DNA of 64,000 bases from Candidatus Poribacteria bacterium (GTDB lineage: Bacteria; Poribacteria; WGA-4E; PCPOR2b). The stretch lies in NCBI GenBank assembly GCA_965208325.1, contig OZ242326.1:1376001-1440000 (forward strand), read 5' to 3'. The notes below the pieces were generated by a model. That model had not been told where the DNA came from. It saw nothing but the letters and a program-made list of their open reading frames with translations, and ran no database searches. Positions 1 through 8,626 of the stretch are shown here, in pieces; positions within the stretch are counted from its first letter, which is position 1; each line of letters starts with the position of its first letter. Both the position numbers and the translations under genes were made by a program.

Positions 1-870
1 CAGATGGACGCAATTTTTTTAGGAGCAATTGGACACCCAGATGTTCAGCCGGGGATATTGGAGAAAGGAATCTTATTAAGAACCCGTTTTGAATTGGACC
101 TGTACATCAACCTGCGCCCGGTAAAGCTGTACCCAGGCGTGTGGACACCCATAAAGGACAAAGGGCCGGAAGATATCGATTTCGTCATCGTTCGTGAGAA
201 TACCGAGGGATTATACGTTGGAGGAGGCGGCTTCTTGAAACAGGGAACGCCAGATGAAGTGGCGATTCAAGAACTCATCGCCACACGCAAGGGAACAGAA
301 CGCTGTATCCGCTACGCATTTGAGTTGGCAAGGAAGAGGGACAAAGCGAAGAAGTTGACTTCATGCGATAAAGCAAACGTACTTACCTATGCACACGATC
401 TCTGGCGCCGCGTGTTTGAGGAAGTAGCGGTTGAATATCCCGACATTGAGACAGAATTCGCGTTCGTTGATGCGACAACGATGTGGATGGTGAAAAACCC
501 CGAGTGGTTCGATGTTATTGTGACATGCAACATGTTCGGAGACATTATTACGGACCTTGGCGCGATGATTCAAGGCGGAATGGGCGTCGCCGCATCCGGG
601 AATCTCCACCCCGGGAGCATGGCGATGTTTGAGCCCATCCACGGGTCCGCTCCGCGTTACACCAACAAGAACCAAATCAACCCCATCGCAGCGATATTTG
701 CGGCCGGTATGATGCTTGAATACCTAGGGGAAACCGAGGCGGCTGGATTAGTAGATGGAGCAGCGAGCGACCTTCTTGGGAGCAAAAAGCTACGAGATCT
801 GGCCGCGGGAAAAATGGGATATACAACCACCCAAGTCGGGGACATGATTGCCGACTCCGTGTCGACATGA
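1..870 (+). CDS. leuB: 3-isopropylmalate/isocitrate dehydrogenase family protein, 5'-truncated by the window edge
   Basis: Motifs [51 protein letters not shown]. The frame is open to base 1 and the N-terminus is missing. Confidence 0.8.
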   Translation, partial: QMDAIFLGAIGHPDVQPGILEKGILLRTRFELDLYINLRPVKLYPGVWTPIKDKGPEDIDFVIVRENTEGLYVGGGGFLKQGTPDEVAIQELIATRKGTERCIRYAFELARKRDKAKKLTSCDKANVLTYAHDLWRRVFEEVAVEYPDIETEFAFVDATTMWMVKNPEWFDVIVTCNMFGDIITDLGAMIQGGMGVAASGNLHPGSMAMFEPIHGSAPRYTNKNQINPIAAIFAAGMMLEYLGETEAAGLVDGAASDLLGSKKLRDLAAGKMGYTTTQVGDMIADSVST

Positions 871-941
871 AACATGGCGCAGGTTACGGGGGAAGATAGG
901 ATTTTTTCCAATTACTCTTAAATTCGGCAAGAGATTCCCTC

Positions 942-1904
942 ATGAGACAACTTTTCTACATCTGCTTTGTCTGCTTTTTCATATTCATACCGCTTAGTGT
1001 TCCCGTAACACCGGGGAATACCGGCACATCATCGAACACGCTAGATACGACACATTTCCGAATCCATTTCCAATCTCATGCCAAATCAGCGCAAGAAGTT
1101 GCCGACATCGCTGAAATTTTTTATTCGCAACTAGATCGCTTGATTAACAGGATGGCGATAGGTAAGATAGAGATTTGGATTTGCGATACGGAAGCGCAGT
1201 TCCAATCGGCCGTCCACGCACCAATTCATGACTGGGCAATCGGTTGCGCCTTCCCGTTGAGCCGGCGTATTGTCATACAGAACCCTCGTGTAATCATTGA
1301 ACGAAAGTTCCAATTGTCGCAAATTGTCCGCCATGAAATTGTGCACGTTATTTTTGGACAACGCACGCAAAAGGCAATGAAATCCATTCCTTTGTGGTTT
1401 GTGGAAGGAATTGCGATGTATCTATCGGAGGAATGGACGCCTAATCACCACAAACTCTTGCTCAAAAATATATTCTCAAACTCGATTATACCACTATCGG
1501 ACCTCGCCTCGGCATTTCCTCGGTCCGAAATTCAGGCTCAACTCGCGTACGCGGAAAGCTTGAACGCCGTTGCGTGGCTCGTGGAACTCAGAGGAATCAA
1601 TACGCTGTGGGAGATTATCGCACGACTTGAAAACGGCGATGATTTAAACAGCGCTTACGAACAAACGCTCGGTTGGAATCTCAGCACATTTGATTCAGAA
1701 TGGCGCGCCTCGCTTCCGCGGCGTTATCACCGAGCGGCGATATTTGCCAACCCTTATATCCTTTGGGGGGTTATTACGACAGTATTCGTTCTGATTTTTC
1801 TCTACCGCCGGAAGCGATTGCGGCAACGACTTGCTGAACTTAATCGCGAGGAGTCCGAGATAGATCCGTTTTTTGAGCCGGACAGAGATTCCACAAATGA
1901 CTAA
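942..1904 (+). CDS. Peptidase MA-like (gluzincin) membrane protein
   Basis: Signal-like N-terminus, HEIVH zinc motif, downstream WFVEGIA glutamate motif, C-terminal TM helix followed by RRKR. Confidence 0.75.
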   Translation: MRQLFYICFVCFFIFIPLSVPVTPGNTGTSSNTLDTTHFRIHFQSHAKSAQEVADIAEIFYSQLDRLINRMAIGKIEIWICDTEAQFQSAVHAPIHDWAIGCAFPLSRRIVIQNPRVIIERKFQLSQIVRHEIVHVIFGQRTQKAMKSIPLWFVEGIAMYLSEEWTPNHHKLLLKNIFSNSIIPLSDLASAFPRSEIQAQLAYAESLNAVAWLVELRGINTLWEIIARLENGDDLNSAYEQTLGWNLSTFDSEWRASLPRRYHRAAIFANPYILWGVITTVFVLIFLYRRKRLRQRLAELNREESEIDPFFEPDRDSTND

Positions 1905-2164
1905 ACGTCAGTCCTGCGAGTAAGATTGTCCAACCTCACCTTGAATCCTAGAGATTGCGGCCGTTGTCAAGGAGAAGTCAGCGCCGGTAATTTTTGCTTT
2001 TCCTGCGCAGTATTCAGTCATTCTCAACAGAAAATCAATAACGGGAATTTCGGGGGCCGGTAGGCTAACTGACGTTTGGCACACATAACAGTGTGCGAAT
2101 TCGTATTGATAGGTACTGCCGCCCGATGGCGCACAAATGTTGGGTGTTCGACCGCGTCTTCAGT

Positions 2165-2626
2165 TTACATTGCGTCGAAAAAGTCGATTAAATCCTTGCC
2201 GTGCACAGCCGCGTTTACCTGCTTGTCAATTTTTACAATGGTTCCAGCTTTATCAATTACAACCGTCGTGCGGCTACTCATGCCGTCCGGTTGGTCAGTG
2301 GCACCGAATAGCAAACTTAGGGTGCGGTCCGTGTCCACAAGAAGCGGAAAGTTCAAGCCGTAGCGTTCGGCAAACCTTCGGTGAGTCTCAGCGTCCTGCA
2401 CACTGACACCGAAAACTTGTACATCGCGTGCTGAAAATTGGCTCGACTCATCCCGGAGCGAGCAAACCTCCGCCGTTCACCCGCTGGTAAAGTCTTTCGG
2501 ATAAAAAGCCAGAACGACGTTTTTACTCCCAACGTAACCGCGCAGGCGATGCACAACGCCGTCCGCATCTTCCATTTCAATATCTGGCGCATCCATACCA
2601 ACTTCCAGCGATTTTAAGTCTGTCAT
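2165..2626 (-). CDS. bcp: Selenocysteine-containing peroxiredoxin (BCP/PrxQ family), 153 aa, Sec at codon 50
   Basis: ORFs 2477..2713 and 2165..2401 share a frame and are joined by one TGA (2477-2479). Readthrough gives FYPKDFTSG-U-TAEVCSLRD, matching the BCP motif FYPKDxTPGCTxEAC. AGGAG RBS precedes ATG 2626. Confidence 0.88.
2438..2465 (-). promoter_or_regulatory. Bacterial SECIS-like hairpin
   Basis: Begins 11 nt 3' of the UGA: UUG-CUCG-CUC-[CGGGAU]-GAG-u-CGAG-c-CAA, a bulged stem with a G-containing loop. Confidence 0.7.
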
Positions 2627-2666
2627 CCGATTCTCCTGTGTATTTGCGAGTTTATTTTTAGCCAGC

Positions 2667-2695
2667 ATTATATCAATCCGCACCGCAGCCGTCAA
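2667..2695 (-). promoter_or_regulatory. sigma70 promoter of the peroxiredoxin gene
   Basis: TTGACG-N17-TATAAT with extended -10 TG, about 40 nt upstream of ATG 2626. Confidence 0.7.
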
Positions 2696-2820
2696 GACCG
2701 AATCAAAACACACATCAGTAATACCGTGTTACCTAATGGCGGAGAATCCCCGGTTTATCCGGTTGTGCCCGCTGCACCGCGAAGCCGCAAGTTTGCGTTG
2801 AGATCGAAGCCGTAAATTAA

Positions 2821-2849
2821 TAGACACAATCCACGAAAAAGTGTAGAAT
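2821..2849 (+). promoter_or_regulatory. Putative sigma70 promoter
   Basis: TAGACA-N17-TAGAAT upstream of the 2980 and 3250 genes. Confidence 0.5.
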
Positions 2850-2979
2850 AATCGGCACGGTTAGAAGCGAATCCGTTGGGTTAATCCCTAATTGTGCAGA
2901 AATCCTGCACACTAATTCGAAAATGCTTCAGTTGGACTATTTCGTTTAATGTTTGATAAAACATCAAACAGAGGTTAGC

Positions 2980-3180
2980 GTGCAAACCAAAATATTTGCA
3001 ATATTGGGTGGTTATTTTCGCAGCATATCTAAAACGGCATTGTGCTTGCAAGAGGAAATTAATGCTTGGCTTGCGGTAAATCCAGGAATCGAAATTTTAG
3101 ATATTAAGCATTCTTCATCCGGTGGAGGTGCAGAGCCAACCAAAATAATTTTCTCTATATGGTATAAACTAGATGTCTAA
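2980..3180 (+). CDS. Small hypothetical protein
   Basis: GAGG RBS before GTG 2980; protein-like sequence (LQEEINAWLAVNPGIEILDIKHS...IFSIWY). Confidence 0.5.
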   Translation: MQTKIFAILGGYFRSISKTALCLQEEINAWLAVNPGIEILDIKHSSSGGGAEPTKIIFSIWYKLDV

Positions 3181-3249
3181 TGAGGGTATGCGCGCAAATA
3201 TCTCAATTCGTCGTTATTGCTTACTATCTGCGTGTTAGGTGGAGTTTGA

Positions 3250-4542
3250 ATGATGGAACATAAGCATACCTTTACTAACCGTTCTTCACGCATTCGTTAT
3301 ACGCGGCGGCGGTTCCTTGCAGTTTTGGGTAAAGGGGCCGCGCTGGCGGGCGTGGGCGTTTTTGGCGCAGGTTCGGAAGTTGCCGTGCCAGGACTGTTTG
3401 GCGGAGGACTCATCCCCAACGCTTGGGGGGAGATTGCACCGAATTTACTCCCGAAACCGGATATGATTGTTCACTCGCAGAATCCATTTAACGGTGAGTT
3501 TCCGCCGCACCTGCTTGACGCGGACGTAACGCCCACTATTAGGCATTTCGTGCGAAACAACAGCAGCATACCGAAACGCGCCAAGTTCGGCGATTTACAT
3601 GGTTGGAAATTGACGATTGACGGGGAGGTTCATAGAAAACTCACGCTTTCGATGGACGACCTAATGCGTTTCCCAAACGTGACAGCGCATGCGGTGGTGG
3701 AATGTGCAGGAAATGGCAGGAGTCTATTCACACCGAGAGTTGACGGAACGCAGTGGATTCGTGGTGCGGTCGGCTGCAGCAAATGGACCGGGGTGCGCTT
3801 GCGCGATGTCTTGAAAGCCGCGGGCTTAAAAAATACCGCCGTTTACACCGGTAACCACGGCGAAGACCTACCGGTTGATTCGGGGGAAGCGTTTTCTCGG
3901 GGGATTCCGATTGAGAAGGCAATGGATGAGCATACGTTGATTGCTTTCAAGATGAACGGGGAGGATTTGCCGGCGGCACACGGATTTCCTGCGAGACTGA
4001 TTGTGCCGGGTTGGATTGGCAGTGCGATGCAGAAGTGGTTGAACCGCATATTGATTAGAGATCGAGTTCATGACTCGAAGAAAATGAGCGGGTACTCATA
4101 CCGCATACCGGCACATCCTCCGGTGCCGGGAATCACATCGCCCGAAAACGAGATGGAAATTGCCACGTCAGCGTTAATCAAGTCGCTCATCACCAGACCT
4201 AAATCGAACGTCGCCACGGACTCTGATAGACTGGAAATCACTGCAGGGTCGCCTGTTCAGGTTGGGGGCCACGCATGGTCGGGAGAAAACAAAGTCGATA
4301 AAGTTCATATTTCAACTGATTACGGCATCAAGTGGCAAGAGACCAGGCTGATCAAACCGTCGAATCGGTACGCTTGGTATCATTGGGAGACCGAAACCGC
4401 CTTTGAGAAAAGAGGATACTATGAAATATGGGCGCGTGCGTTTGACAATAAGGGCAACGCACAACCTTTCAGGCAACCTTGGAACCCCAAAGGATACCTC
4501 GGAAATGTAATTCATAGGGTTCCGGTCATCGTTGATTCGTAA
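3250..4542 (+). CDS. Tat-exported sulfite oxidase family molybdoenzyme (SorA/SoxC-like)
   Basis: TRRRFL twin-arginine signal; HFVRNN, ECAGNGR (Mo-ligating Cys), WTGVRL, HGFPARLIVPGWIG, WNPKGYLGN. Confidence 0.88.
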   Translation: MMEHKHTFTNRSSRIRYTRRRFLAVLGKGAALAGVGVFGAGSEVAVPGLFGGGLIPNAWGEIAPNLLPKPDMIVHSQNPFNGEFPPHLLDADVTPTIRHFVRNNSSIPKRAKFGDLHGWKLTIDGEVHRKLTLSMDDLMRFPNVTAHAVVECAGNGRSLFTPRVDGTQWIRGAVGCSKWTGVRLRDVLKAAGLKNTAVYTGNHGEDLPVDSGEAFSRGIPIEKAMDEHTLIAFKMNGEDLPAAHGFPARLIVPGWIGSAMQKWLNRILIRDRVHDSKKMSGYSYRIPAHPPVPGITSPENEMEIATSALIKSLITRPKSNVATDSDRLEITAGSPVQVGGHAWSGENKVDKVHISTDYGIKWQETRLIKPSNRYAWYHWETETAFEKRGYYEIWARAFDNKGNAQPFRQPWNPKGYLGNVIHRVPVIVDS

Positions 4543-4766
4543 GCACGGAATTACTGCCGACATGCCGGATTCGCTACAAATTTTTGTTGCTATGAAAAGC
4601 ATTCCCCGATTTCGAAACTCCCGACCAACTTAACCCAAGTTGCAAATTAAAGTCAACATACGGGGCCAATGACGCTGTGAACAATAATCCCGTTTTAATA
4701 GGTTTTCGTGCGAAGACTTTACCCGACGTGAGCAATAACCCCGACGTAAAGCAAGAGAATAATTGA

Positions 4767-4901
4767 CACACGTTTCCAAACGTTGACATTGACCATACAC
4801 CCGCCGAATTGAATCACCTTCTCAAGCCATATCCCGCCAATGAAATGGCAGCCTACGCTGTTTCGCGTATTGCCGCCGAAAAACGATACAATGCCGATCT
4901 G
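4767..4901 (+). pseudogene. C-terminal remnant of an SOS-response-associated peptidase (SRAP/YedK)
   Basis: Short frame bounded by stops translates AELNHLLKPYPANEMAAYAVSR, typical of SRAP C-termini (LLxPYPxxxMxAYxVS). No N-terminal part is visible. Confidence 0.55.
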
Positions 4902-4927
4902 AATAGGTCAATTCGGAGATTATCACG

Positions 4928-5827
4928 TTGAAGAAGAGAATCCATCCGACATCCGCTGAAGTAGTTGAGCCCGCCAAAACATCGGTGCGCCCGCCCGCTG
5001 TCGCCGGCAGTTTTTATCCAAAGTCTCCAGAGATTCTGTCAATACAGGTACAAGGTCTCATTGACAGTGCGAAACCAAGATTTATGGATGGTGAACTCAT
5101 CGGACTTATCTCGCCCCATGCGGGCTACCATTATTCTGGCCGCGTTGCGGGACACGCCTACAGGCAGTTGGCGGGAAAGTCTTTAGATTCCGTAATTCTT
5201 ATCGGTTTGAGCCACCGCCATCCCGTGCAGCGTGCAGCAATCTACGGCCGCGGCCGGTTCCGAACGCCGCTTGGGGAGATTGAGATTGACGGCGAATTAG
5301 CGGGTGAAATCTTGCGGCGAAACCGGAGGGTTGTCCATCTACCCGAAGCACATGTTTACGAGCACAGTTTGGAGGTACAGTTGCCGTTTTTGCAAGGGGC
5401 GATTACCGACTTCCGCATCGTCCCTATCTTGGTGCAAGACGACTCGCCTGAAAACGTCATCCCGTTGGGCAAGGCAATCGCCGAGGCGATGCGCGGACGC
5501 TCTGCGCTCTTGATTTGTAGTACGGATATCTGCCACTATCCATCGTATGATGAGGCAGTGCAATCGGATCAGGTGGTCATTGAAGCAATACAGCGCTTCG
5601 ACGCTGATGAGTTACGCAAGCAGATAGCGGACTATCTGCGAACTCATGCCGTATCCAGACTCCACTGCATGATGTGCAGCACTGGCGCGGTTTATGCGAC
5701 TCTGGAAGCGGGGAGGCGACTCGGTGGAACACGGATAGAAGTGCTTGAAGCTGCGAATTCGGGAGATGTTCGCGACGGACGGCGAGATCAGGTGGTCAGT
5801 TATATGGCGGCTGCTATCTATTGTTGA
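4928..5827 (+). CDS. amrB: AmmeMemoRadiSam system protein B (MEMO1 family)
   Basis: RPPAVAGSFYP, ISPHAGYHYSG, EHSLEVQLPFLQ, STDICHY, NSGD...VVSY. Confidence 0.88.
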   Translation: MKKRIHPTSAEVVEPAKTSVRPPAVAGSFYPKSPEILSIQVQGLIDSAKPRFMDGELIGLISPHAGYHYSGRVAGHAYRQLAGKSLDSVILIGLSHRHPVQRAAIYGRGRFRTPLGEIEIDGELAGEILRRNRRVVHLPEAHVYEHSLEVQLPFLQGAITDFRIVPILVQDDSPENVIPLGKAIAEAMRGRSALLICSTDICHYPSYDEAVQSDQVVIEAIQRFDADELRKQIADYLRTHAVSRLHCMMCSTGAVYATLEAGRRLGGTRIEVLEAANSGDVRDGRRDQVVSYMAAAIYC

Positions 5828-6045
5828 TTGAAAGCTGTCGTCCTGATAGTTGCGAGCCTTCACTCCAGATTCTATGCCCTTTTTTTTGGTACCCCTGTGT
5901 GTGTAACAACGCCCGCAATTGTGAATCATTGGCAGGAAAAGCCCGGAAACAGCCGCCAGCGGGCATTTCGATTTTGATTTGGATAATACCGTGAACGTGT
6001 GATAGAATGCGCGGAGAGCGGTTTTTAGGTGAAATTTCGATGTGT

Positions 6046-6060
6046 TGGCATGAAATATGC
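6046..6060 (+). promoter_or_regulatory. Putative sigma54 (-24/-12) promoter
   Basis: TGGCAT-GAAAT-ATGC (GG-N10-GC), 75 nt upstream of ATG 6136. Confidence 0.6.
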
Positions 6061-6135
6061 GTGTTACTTTTAGACATGTTAAAGAATATAGTGACTACAT
6101 CTTACGTTTCGATCTATCAAAATTCGGACTAAGTT

Positions 6136-8523
6136 ATGAAACGCTTAATTTTACTGTTTCCATTTTTTGTTTCACTGATTATTTGCATAGATGGCCGTTC
6201 CGAATTGCCTCACCAGTTTCTGTTTGGGCATACACATCGCGTGCTTGCGATTGATTTCAGCCCAGATGGGCAGTGGCTTGCCTCCGGCGGCGATGGTGAA
6301 AATAACAAATATGAAATTTACATTTGGGATGCCGCGACAGGCGACCACATCTATACGCTTAACGGGCACACCGGCCAAATAATGGACCTTGCTTTCCGGA
6401 ATAATGGCAATCTTGCATCGGCTTCTGTAGACGGAAGTCTGCGGTTATGGGACGTTGGCGCGCAAGAAGAGATTCGCCAGTTTTATGGACAACAGGACGG
6501 GTTGACATCAGTAGCTTTTTGCTCTGAGGGAAAATGGCTGGCTGCGGGTTCGATTGATAAGGTGCTCAGATTATGGGAAGTTGATACTGGCCGGCTAATT
6601 TCGACTTTAGAAGGACATGGCGCTACCATCTGGGCCGTAGCATTCAGTCCCGATGGCGAAAGGATAGCATCCGCGTCAGAAGACCGAACTGTTCGTCTTT
6701 GGAATGCTCCGGACAGCGATGGAAACCTGATAAATCAAACACCGACCAATATCTTTACCGGACATACAAACCGCGTTTGGTCTCTGGCATTTCACCCTAA
6801 TAAAAATCTGGTTGCTTCAGGGTCATGGGACCACACAGTGCGCGTTTGGGATGCTAATGCAAGCAGCGAGGAAGCTGTCTTTCAGTCCCCCTTCGCAATG
6901 TACAATCGCGAAGTACTTTCGCTTGGCTTTAGTCCGGAAGGGAGATTGCTAGCGGTAGGGTTGCGCCACGTCGAGAACGACAACCCGCTAAAACTGTTGG
7001 ACTTCACATCGGGCAGCACACTCAGATCGTTCGACTCGAAATCGCGGCATGCATTGGACTTTAGTTTCGATGGATTTCGATTGGCCACCGCGGGAGCAGT
7101 TGATGGCACAATAATCATATGGAACTCCAGCCATTTGACCCCTACGCTTAACCATCCCGATGACGGCGATCTCATTGAAACGGCGCAAATTACCCTAAGT
7201 TGGGAGGCAGTCGAAGACTCGGTTTATTACGATGTTGAAATCTCCGACAATCCAGACTTTATGGAGGAGACTAAACTAAAAACGGTTACAGAAAGCCAGT
7301 TTGACTTTGAAGTCAACGGAGAAACACCAGCCTATTGGTGGCGTGTCCGTGCGGGCAGCCTCGGACAGGTCGGCGAATGGTCTGAACCTAGGTCGTTTAG
7401 CATACCGTTTGAACCACCCCTTACCTGCGACGTTTTAATCCTGCCGCCGCGCCGCCAAGTAAATTTGGGGGAGGAGTTTCATATAGAAGTTAAAATTCAT
7501 TCTGCAATAGATCTCGCAGGATTTCAGTTTGATCTTCAATGGACGAATCCCAATGTTCTCAATCTAGTCACGGTTACCGAATTCAGGAATATTTTTGGTG
7601 AATTTGGGCGTGGCAAAGCCGTTGATATTAATCGGGATCTGGGCGTGTTCAGAGATGTTGTTGCAACCAAACTTGGCGCAGGTGGTGTGAGCGGAAGCGG
7701 CACGCTGTTAAAAATGTTGTTCAGTGGCAAAGGCATCGGCACAAGTACCATTCGATTAAATAATCTCAAACTTGTCAACTCGGCAGGGGAACAGATTCAC
7801 TGTAATATTTACAACTCACAGATTGAGGTCGCAGATCCAGCAAGACCGTGGGATGTAAATGGAGACGGAATTGTTGACGTTTTCGATCTCAGCACGGTTG
7901 CGAAATACTTTGGAAAAGAAATTACTGTGGATTTGGGGCTGAATCCTGACGTCAACAGTGACGGAGTTGTCGATCTCAAGGACATAGTTCTTGTTGGAAA
8001 CTACATTGGTGAATCCTATCTGATGGACGGACAAGGAACCTCTGCTGCACCGCATTTCCACCAGACGAAGGAAGTGTACATAGCATCCCGCCATCGACCG
8101 ATTTTATTACCAAAAACACGCAATGCGCTAGAACGTATCTACACAATTTTGCAGCACAGTCCTGATAATTCTTTACCATTTGTTCGTACAAGACAGGTTT
8201 TACGTCATCTGTTGTCATCGGTTTCGCCTAGCCAAGATATATTATTTCAAAACTATCCGAATCCGTTCAATCCGGAAACATGGATTCCTTTCCAGCTTGC
8301 CGCAGACGGGGATGTGACAATCATAATTCACGATGTTAATGGAACACTAGTCCGTAAACTTGCGTTGGGCCATGTCGAAGCTAGTTCGTACATCAGGCGA
8401 ACTGATGCGGCCTATTGGGATGGGAGGGATCGATGGGGTGAACCTGCCGCCAGCGGTGTATATTTCTACACCATCTCAACGCGGTCATTCAAGGCTACTC
8501 GGGCTATGACGATTGTGAAATAA
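6136..8523 (+). CDS. Secreted WD40 + Fn3-like + cohesin + dockerin protein with T9SS-A/FlgD-like C-terminal domain
   Basis: Signal peptide; about 7 GH...WD repeats; cohesin-like DLAGFQFDLQW...GSGTLL; duplicated dockerin loops DVNGDGIVDVFDL / DVNSDGVVDLKDI; LFQNYPNPFNPETWIPFQL...YWDGRD...SGVYFY tail. Confidence 0.85.
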   Translation: MKRLILLFPFFVSLIICIDGRSELPHQFLFGHTHRVLAIDFSPDGQWLASGGDGENNKYEIYIWDAATGDHIYTLNGHTGQIMDLAFRNNGNLASASVDGSLRLWDVGAQEEIRQFYGQQDGLTSVAFCSEGKWLAAGSIDKVLRLWEVDTGRLISTLEGHGATIWAVAFSPDGERIASASEDRTVRLWNAPDSDGNLINQTPTNIFTGHTNRVWSLAFHPNKNLVASGSWDHTVRVWDANASSEEAVFQSPFAMYNREVLSLGFSPEGRLLAVGLRHVENDNPLKLLDFTSGSTLRSFDSKSRHALDFSFDGFRLATAGAVDGTIIIWNSSHLTPTLNHPDDGDLIETAQITLSWEAVEDSVYYDVEISDNPDFMEETKLKTVTESQFDFEVNGETPAYWWRVRAGSLGQVGEWSEPRSFSIPFEPPLTCDVLILPPRRQVNLGEEFHIEVKIHSAIDLAGFQFDLQWTNPNVLNLVTVTEFRNIFGEFGRGKAVDINRDLGVFRDVVATKLGAGGVSGSGTLLKMLFSGKGIGTSTIRLNNLKLVNSAGEQIHCNIYNSQIEVADPARPWDVNGDGIVDVFDLSTVAKYFGKEITVDLGLNPDVNSDGVVDLKDIVLVGNYIGESYLMDGQGTSAAPHFHQTKEVYIASRHRPILLPKTRNALERIYTILQHSPDNSLPFVRTRQVLRHLLSSVSPSQDILFQNYPNPFNPETWIPFQLAADGDVTIIIHDVNGTLVRKLALGHVEASSYIRRTDAAYWDGRDRWGEPAASGVYFYTISTRSFKATRAMTIVK

Positions 8524-8626
8524 CTCTGCTCGCGAACTTCCGATTCGCAGGTTTTCACATAGAAATTCAGTACTTCCTCTCCATTTTAGCGGGGTCCGGT
8601 GGATTAGCGCAGTAACACATGCCAGT

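Noticed and set aside
1903..2077. 10-bp inverted repeat AAACGTCAGT...ACTGACGTTT as a MITE
   Set aside because: Single copy, no target-site duplication recognised, no transposase in the window.
2477..2713. Treating 2477..2713 and 2165..2401 as two genes or a nonsense pseudogene
   Set aside because: The TGA falls exactly on the catalytic Cys codon and is followed by a SECIS-like stem; one selenoprotein is the simpler reading.
5825..5827. Sec readthrough at other TGA stops (amrB ...YC-TGA; phosphorylase 51640-51642)
   Set aside because: These stops fall at the expected family C-termini, with no recognisable downstream homology or SECIS-like hairpin.
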